The notes below the pieces were generated by a model, which searched no databases, was not told where the DNA came from, and saw nothing but the letters and a program-made list of their open reading frames with translations. A stretch of DNA of 64,000 nt from Roseibacillus sp. GTDB lineage: Bacteria; Verrucomicrobiota; Verrucomicrobiia; Verrucomicrobiales; Akkermansiaceae. Below are positions 58,169-64,000 of the stretch, piece by piece. The stretch covers positions 1,344,001-1,408,000 of the forward strand of contig JBPOGI010000001.1 of NCBI GenBank assembly GCA_051251855.1, in the 5' to 3' direction. The first letter of the stretch is position 1. Each line of letters opens with the position of its first letter. A program made the position numbers and the translations under genes.

Positions 58169-60886
58169 ATGACCATGCAACAATTGACGATGACCATCGA
58201 TGGTCAGGAAGTCTCCTTCTCCGAAGGCCAAACTATTTATGAGGTCGCGACCCAGATGGGGAAAGACGTCCCCACTCTTTGCTACGACGACCGCCTCGAA
58301 GCCTTTGGCGGCTGCCGCCTTTGTGTCGTGGAAGTGGAAGGTATCCGCAACCCCGTCGCCTCCTGCACCACCAAAGCCACCGCCGGCATGGTAGTGAAGA
58401 CCGCTCCTCAAAAAATCGAGAAATATCGCAAGACTCTTCTCGAGATGGTCAACTCAGAGAATCCCGAGTTAGAGGTCAGCCCTCTTCGAGGATACGCCAG
58501 TCAGCAACTCACCGGGCTGGTCAATCGTTACGATGCCAATCAGGGACGCTTCAAAGGAAAGACTTCTGGAACCAGTAACAAAAAAGATCTCAACCCTTTC
58601 ATCCTGCGCGACTACAACCTCTGCATCTCTTGCTACCGCTGTGTGAGAGTTTGTTCAGAGCAAGAAGGTGATTACGCCATCAGCGTGATGAACCGTGGTT
58701 TCGACACCCAAATCACCACCGAGTTTGGCAACGACCTACGTGACTCCGATTGCACCTTCTGCGGCCAATGCGTGCAGACCTGCCCTACTGGAGCTCTTGC
58801 CGACAAGAAAGCTCTCCGAGACGAGGACACTCCAGGCGAAGTCAAGAAGACGCGCACCGTCTGCCCTTTCTGCGCTGTCGGTTGCTCCATCGACCTGATG
58901 AGCAAAAACGACAAGATTGTCGGAGCACAGCCCGCCATGGACGGCCCAGCCAACAAAGGAGCACTCTGCATCAAAGGACAATTCACTTACGACTTCATTC
59001 AACACGAAGACCGCCTCAAGAAGCCTCTTATCAAACAAGCGGATGGCAGCTTTAAGGAAGTGGAATGGGATGAAGCTTTGAAAAAGGCAGCCGAAGGCTT
59101 TGCTAAAGCCAAAGATAAATACGGCCGCCATAGTATCTTCGGTATCGCCTCCGGTCGCGCTCCTCACGAGGCCGCCTACACGATGCAGAAGTTCATTCGA
59201 GCCGGCTTCGGGACGCATCATATCGATAACTGTTCGCGTGCTTGACACGCTCCCACGGTCGCCGGTCTGGCGGCCCAAATCGGAAGAGGCGCAATGTCCA
59301 ATCCTCTGGAGGACATGCAAAAGCCCGACACTATTTTTGCTATCGGCACCAATATGACCGAGTGCCACCCCGTCGCCGCGACAGGACTCAAAAAAGCACT
59401 CACTCAAGGAGCCAAGCTCATTGTCGCCGACCCGCGCAAAACGCGCTTGGCGAAGTTGGCCCATCTTCACTTGCCCATTCGGGTCGGTTCAGATGTCGCC
59501 CTTCTCCTCGGCATGGCTCACGTGATTGTCCGTGAAGGTCTCGCCGACACTGAGTTCATCGAAGAGCGAACCACCAAGTTCGAAGACTTTGCCGAACACC
59601 TCAAAGAGTTCACTCCCGAGTGGGCCTCAGAAATCTGTGAATGCCCGGCCGCCGATATCGAGCAAGCCGCCATTTGGTATGGCCAAGCCGACCGCGGAGC
59701 CATCTATTATACCCTCGGAATCACGGAGCACATTTGTGGTGTTGATAACGTACAATCTCTCTGCAACCTCGCCCTCATGACCGGAAACCTCGGTCGCGTA
59801 GGAACAGGCATCAACCCCATGCGTGGCCAGAATAATATCCAGGGTGCCGGAGACTGCGGGGCCGTCCCTGCTAACTACCCTGGGTTCCAACCTGTCAAAG
59901 ATGAGAAATTCCAAAAGAAGTTTGCTGAACTCTATCAGCAGCCTGACATGGACCTCGGCAATCACATGACCAAGGTCACCGCTCTCAACTTGTGCGGCGC
60001 CGAGGAGAACGGAATTCACGCCATGCTCATCAATGGCGAAAACACCGTCGTTACCGACCCCGATCGCAAGCACTGCGAACACGCTCTCAAATCTCTCGAT
60101 CACCTCGTGGTAGTCGACATTTTCCTAACAGAAACCGCTCAACTCGCCGATGTCGTGCTCCCCGCTTCGGCTTGGGGTGAGACCGATGGCGTGCAGGCCA
60201 ATACCGAACGCCGGGTGCAACGACTTCGCAAAGCTGTCCCCAGCTACGGAGATTCGATGCCGGACTGGTGGATTCTTTCAGGCATTGCCAAAGAACTCGG
60301 CATCCCCGGGTTCGAATACGAAAGCGCAAAGGACGTCTTCAACGAACTCTGTTCACTAAGCCCCATCTATGCCGGACTCGACTGGGACATCATCGGAGAC
60401 GGCGAATACCAGTGGCCAGTGCCCCACAAAGGACACCCCGGCACGCCTATGCTGCATGAGAACGAATTCAAAGACGGTAAACCTGGCCTCTTCCGCCTGA
60501 TAGGCTACCGCGACCCAGCAGAAGTCATTGATGCCGACTACCCCGTTTGGCTCACGACCGGACGCCGACTCGAAGCCTATCACACTCGCACTCAAACTGG
60601 TCGGGCCTCAGGAATCGACTACCTTCTTTCCCGCGAAACCCTCGAAGTCCACCCTGACGACGCGCGCGATTGGGGCCTCAGCGACGGAAGCCGAGTTAAG
60701 ATGGCGAGCCGCCGAGGCGAGATTGAAGTCGAAGTGGAAGTCACCACCCAAAGCCCACGTGGCACCGTCTTCACCTCCTTTAGCTTCGCTGACACCCAGG
60801 TCAACATCCTCACCGGTTCAGGTTACGATCCCGTCACCCAGACCGCCGAGTTAAAGGTCTGCCCCGTGCGTATCACGCCGGTCTAG
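58169..60886 (+). CDS. Selenocysteine-containing formate dehydrogenase alpha subunit, 905 aa, Sec359
   Basis: Two track ORFs are in frame across TGA 59243-59245: IDNCSRA*HAPTV matches the FdhF C-x-R-x-U-H site; MRGQNN present. Confidence 0.93.
59257..59275 (+). promoter_or_regulatory. SECIS element
   Basis: GGUCGCC-GGUCU-GGCGGCC, starting after an 11-nt spacer from the UGA, like E. coli fdhF. Confidence 0.88.
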
Positions 60887-60889
60887 TCT

Positions 60890-60958
60890 GAGGGAGCAAG
60901 GACATTCCCACCCTTGAATTCCAACCGAGACTCAGGGACAGAAATGTCCCTGACCCTC
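60890..60958. repeat. REP-like palindrome / hairpin between convergent genes
   Basis: GGACATT...AATGTCC arms; TCAGGGACA-GAAA-TGTCCCTGA perfect hairpin followed by an A tract. Confidence 0.55.
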
Positions 60959-61108
60959 AAAAAAAACAAACTAGGTAATTAGCCGTGACGCAGAACTCTG
61001 GGATGGGATGAATGCGAGACTTGCGCCTCGGCGCTTTCTCTTGCTGGACAGCACACCTTTTTCCTCAGGAAACTCACAATAAGTCCCTCGAGACGAATGG
61101 CTTCACAA

Positions 61109-61630
61109 CTATAGCCCAGAAGACTGCGCTACTTGCTCCGACTTCTTGAAGAGTGAAACGACAGCCTTCACCATCACCCCAAGTCCCCCCACCAAAAACA
61201 AGATGGGAAACCAAATGGAATATCCCGGCGCCTTAGTCTCCTTCTTAAGGACAGCCATCTGAGGGTCCTTAGGATTCACCCAACAGACTTGCTTACTTCC
61301 GACAGGATACTTCGTAACTAAACCGCCAATACGCTGGGCATCCTTCAGCCAAGCATTGCCACGAAGGTCATAATTCTCCGAACTATAGGGCTCCCCATTG
61401 AAGTCGTATCCGAACAGAATTCCTAAGCGGTAATCCATTGGAACCTCCGGCCCTATTCTTCTTTCTCGAATCTCAGACTCGAGGATGAAACAAGGAGTCT
61501 CCTTCCAACCGTCCATCTCTTTGGCACGACCAAAACTGGTTCCAAGTAGCCATGTAAAAACAGCGCCTGACAGAGCCAATAGCAATCCAATCCCTATTAG
61601 GTAAAAACTTCCAGCGGCTCCTTCTTTCAC
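61109..61630 (-). CDS. DUF3592 family membrane protein
   Basis: TM, WKETPCFI, YPVG...WVNPKDPQMAVL, TM. Confidence 0.75.
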   Translation of the reverse strand: MKEGAAGSFYLIGIGLLLALSGAVFTWLLGTSFGRAKEMDGWKETPCFILESEIRERRIGPEVPMDYRLGILFGYDFNGEPYSSENYDLRGNAWLKDAQRIGGLVTKYPVGSKQVCWVNPKDPQMAVLKKETKAPGYSIWFPILFLVGGLGVMVKAVVSLFKKSEQVAQSSGL

Positions 61631-61692
61631 GAGCGGAAACTAGGCTGCTTGCTGAGCTCTGACGAGTGATATTCTCACCTACTCTAGACAAT

Positions 61693-61722
61693 AAAAAAGG
61701 CACCGAATGAACTCGGTGCCTT
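61693..61722 (-). terminator. Intrinsic terminator
   Basis: AAGGCACCGA/TCGGTGCCTT stem with A tract on the left. Confidence 0.8.
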
Positions 61723-61753
61723 CTGAAATCTTCTGGTTAGACAAAAATGAACT

Positions 61754-64000
61754 TTAACCCTTAGCGGCCTCGCGAAGCTTTCTAATCGCTTCCTTAGCTC
61801 GCTCTTCAGGAGTCATCGGACCGTCTGCCTTCTCCACCTTCTCTTGCTCTTCCGCAGGAGCCACCTTCTTCACCTCTTTCTTCGCGGGAGGCTTTGGAGC
61901 ATCCACCTTCTCAGGAGTAGGAGCTGGGGCAGCTGCTTTTTTGACTTCCTTCTTTTCTGGAGCAACCGCAGGGGCAGCTTCCTTCTTCTCAGGAGCCTTC
62001 ACAGCCTTCTTCACTTCCTCCTTTTTTTCGGGAGTCGGTGCAACCTTCTCTACAGTCTCCTTTTTCTCAGGTGTTGGAGTTGGCTGAGCTACTTCCTTTT
62101 TCTTAGGGGTGGGCTCGGCTGGCACCGCTTTTGGCTTCTCTTCCTTTACTTCCTCTGGCTTTTCTTCGTCAGCTTTGGGAGCAGGGGCTGGCTTGGCCTT
62201 AGGAGCGTCCTTCTTCGCAGGAGCTTCCTCGACCTTCTTCTCAGGGGCTGGCTTGGCCTCAACCTTCTCTTTTGGAGTCGGAGCCGGCTCAACGACCTTC
62301 TTCTTATCCTCTGGCGCTGGGGCAGCCTCAGCTTTTTTCGCTGGGGCAGGTACGGGTTTTACTTCCTCTTTCTTAGACTTCTCTTCGGCCTTGGGCTGCG
62401 CCTTTGCCTTTTCTGCCGGAGCTGGCTTCGCGCCCTCTTTCTTGGCCGCTTCTTTCGGAGCATCCTTCTTTGGAGCTGGAGCCGCCTCAGGCTTTTTCAT
62501 TTCGGCTTGCTTGAGAGCAGGTGCATCTTTCCCCTTCGCCTCTGCAGGCTTCTTGCCTGGCACAGGAAGAACCTTAGGAGTCGCCGCTTTCGCTTTAGGG
62601 TCTTCCTTCTTGGGCTCCTCTTTCTTGGGCTCGGCCTTGGGCTCGGCCTTGGGCTTAGGAGCAGGTGGTTGAACGAACTCCACTTTCGCTTCCGGAAGAT
62701 TCTTACTCAACTCCTCAACGCCAGCCTTGGTCACTTTCGTATTGCTCAGGTAAACATTCTTGAGAGTCGCAGTCTTAGCGAGTTCAGCGATTCCCTCGTC
62801 GGTAACGTCTGTCCCAAAAAGAGAGAGACTTTCCAAATTAGGAAGAACCGCGAGCGTCTTGAGTCCAGCATCGGTCACCTTGGTCTCGTTAAGCATCAAC
62901 TTCTTCAAGTTGATCATGGTGGCCACAGACTTCATTCCCTCGTCCGTTACCGCCGTCTTTTTGACATCCAAATCAACGATGGCGCCCGAGACCGGCTCCA
63001 GTTTGGCCAGACCTTCGTCGCTAAAATCCTTTCCTTGGCTCACAGCTGTGAAGAAGAGATCTTCGGAGTCCTTCGAAGAAAAAGTCAATGCCCCGGGCAT
63101 TACCTTATCAATCGCTCCCTTCGCTTCTTCAACTTGATCGCGACGACTGACCTTTGGCTCTTCTTCTTTTTTCTCAGCGTCTTCAGCCGGTAGCTCTTCA
63201 GAAGCGGCTTCTCTCGCAGGCTTAAAAGCTTCCACATCCGCTAAGATGGTTTCATATCCTGCAACCTCAGAGAGAGGCTTATCCCCCTCTTCGTCAATGA
63301 GAGGAGTGCTATCAATCCACCAAGCGAGAATGCGCTTTTCGCCGTCGGTAAGATGCATTTCAGGCTCATCCTCTTTGCCAGTCGGCATGAACTCGTCATC
63401 ATCAAGATCGAGATGAACTCGAACGATCATCTCACTGTCTTTCGAATTTCCAGGGATGAGAGTCGGGAAGTCTTCCCCTCCTTTTCCTCCTTCGAGGAGC
63501 TTGGCAACCGAAGTCATTTCCAAGCCACCTTTAATCTTCTTCTTACCCAGAGGATTGAGTTCCGCTGGAGCGTGGCACTCCCAGCATTTGCCATACAAGA
63601 TAGGCTTCACCACTTGTGAGTAAACCAAGCGTTCGTTAGCAGGAATATCAGTAACCGCAGGCAACTTGGTAACTTCGTCTTCAGCCACTCCTAGAGGCTC
63701 GCCATTTTTGAGCTTCATGAAGTCGCCCGCAATATCCTTGTCGGTATGAACCATCTCGCCGCCCTTGTGCGCGCCAATCCCCATTGAAACCGCGGCAACG
63801 ATGATAAAGAGAGGGTAAAACGGAGACCACTTCTTTTGGTGATGAGCCCACATCTTCGAGACGAAAGCCAGAACTACGAAGGCCACAAACATGATGGAGA
63901 GCCACATGTGCATCCCCATGCGATTGCCTTCGGCAGCGAACTCAAGAGGAGCGTTCCCGTAGTCACCGCGCAAGAAGTGCAAGTAACCGAACCCTACAGC
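61754..64000 (-). CDS. Membrane protein with planctomycete-type cytochrome c, leucine-rich repeats and P/A/E/K-rich tail (5'-partial)
   Basis: AHKGGEMVH membrane motif, KCWECH...MP...WWID, LxxLxLxxTxVTDxG repeats; frame open to window end. Confidence 0.85.
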   Translation of the reverse strand, partial: AVGFGYLHFLRGDYGNAPLEFAAEGNRMGMHMWLSIMFVAFVVLAFVSKMWAHHQKKWSPFYPLFIIVAAVSMGIGAHKGGEMVHTDKDIAGDFMKLKNGEPLGVAEDEVTKLPAVTDIPANERLVYSQVVKPILYGKCWECHAPAELNPLGKKKIKGGLEMTSVAKLLEGGKGGEDFPTLIPGNSKDSEMIVRVHLDLDDDEFMPTGKEDEPEMHLTDGEKRILAWWIDSTPLIDEEGDKPLSEVAGYETILADVEAFKPAREAASEELPAEDAEKKEEEPKVSRRDQVEEAKGAIDKVMPGALTFSSKDSEDLFFTAVSQGKDFSDEGLAKLEPVSGAIVDLDVKKTAVTDEGMKSVATMINLKKLMLNETKVTDAGLKTLAVLPNLESLSLFGTDVTDEGIAELAKTATLKNVYLSNTKVTKAGVEELSKNLPEAKVEFVQPPAPKPKAEPKAEPKKEEPKKEDPKAKAATPKVLPVPGKKPAEAKGKDAPALKQAEMKKPEAAPAPKKDAPKEAAKKEGAKPAPAEKAKAQPKAEEKSKKEEVKPVPAPAKKAEAAPAPEDKKKVVEPAPTPKEKVEAKPAPEKKVEEAPAKKDAPKAKPAPAPKADEEKPEEVKEEKPKAVPAEPTPKKKEVAQPTPTPEKKETVEKVAPTPEKKEEVKKAVKAPEKKEAAPAVAPEKKEVKKAAAPAPTPEKVDAPKPPAKKEVKKVAPAEEQEKVEKADGPMTPEERAKEAIRKLREAAKG

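Noticed and set aside
59243..59245. Formate dehydrogenase as pseudogene or split gene
   Set aside because: Stop is UGA at the catalytic position with a SECIS hairpin.
61844..63193. 449-aa plus-strand ORF
   Set aside because: Antisense shadow of the low-complexity tail.

Overview
Bacterial chromosome window, probably Verrucomicrobiota (inferred from gene repertoire; not verified). Bases 1-12011 are an accessory region ending at the 3' end of a tRNA-Cys. It holds a partial McrC-like nuclease, a 7-gene hypothetical cluster with an AAA ATPase, a methyltransferase, three ~128-bp attC-like repeats flanking small genes with no integrase in view, and a sigma-like gene. The rest is mostly core genome: ppx-ppk1-rsmB, a trehalose synthase/phosphatase fusion plus GH15, fbaA, rlmB, an orphan DNA methyltransferase, tRNA-Phe, radC, aroA, plsC and cmk. 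The strongest signals are: (1) a 17-kb respiratory operon with alternative complex III, a cbb3 CcoN homologue that has lost five of six metal-binding His, a CcoO with Cys in place of the axial Met, and an A1-type oxidase with no K-channel Lys, preceded by two perfect Rex/CRP-type boxes; (2) two genes split in the ORF track by an in-frame UGA followed by a SECIS-like hairpin, one a selenocysteine formate dehydrogenase and one a candidate secreted thioredoxin-like selenoprotein; (3) a glycosyltransferase-PlcP fusion resembling a one-protein lipid-remodelling module. All family calls come from reading motifs by eye; no database searches were run, so novelty is unconfirmed.
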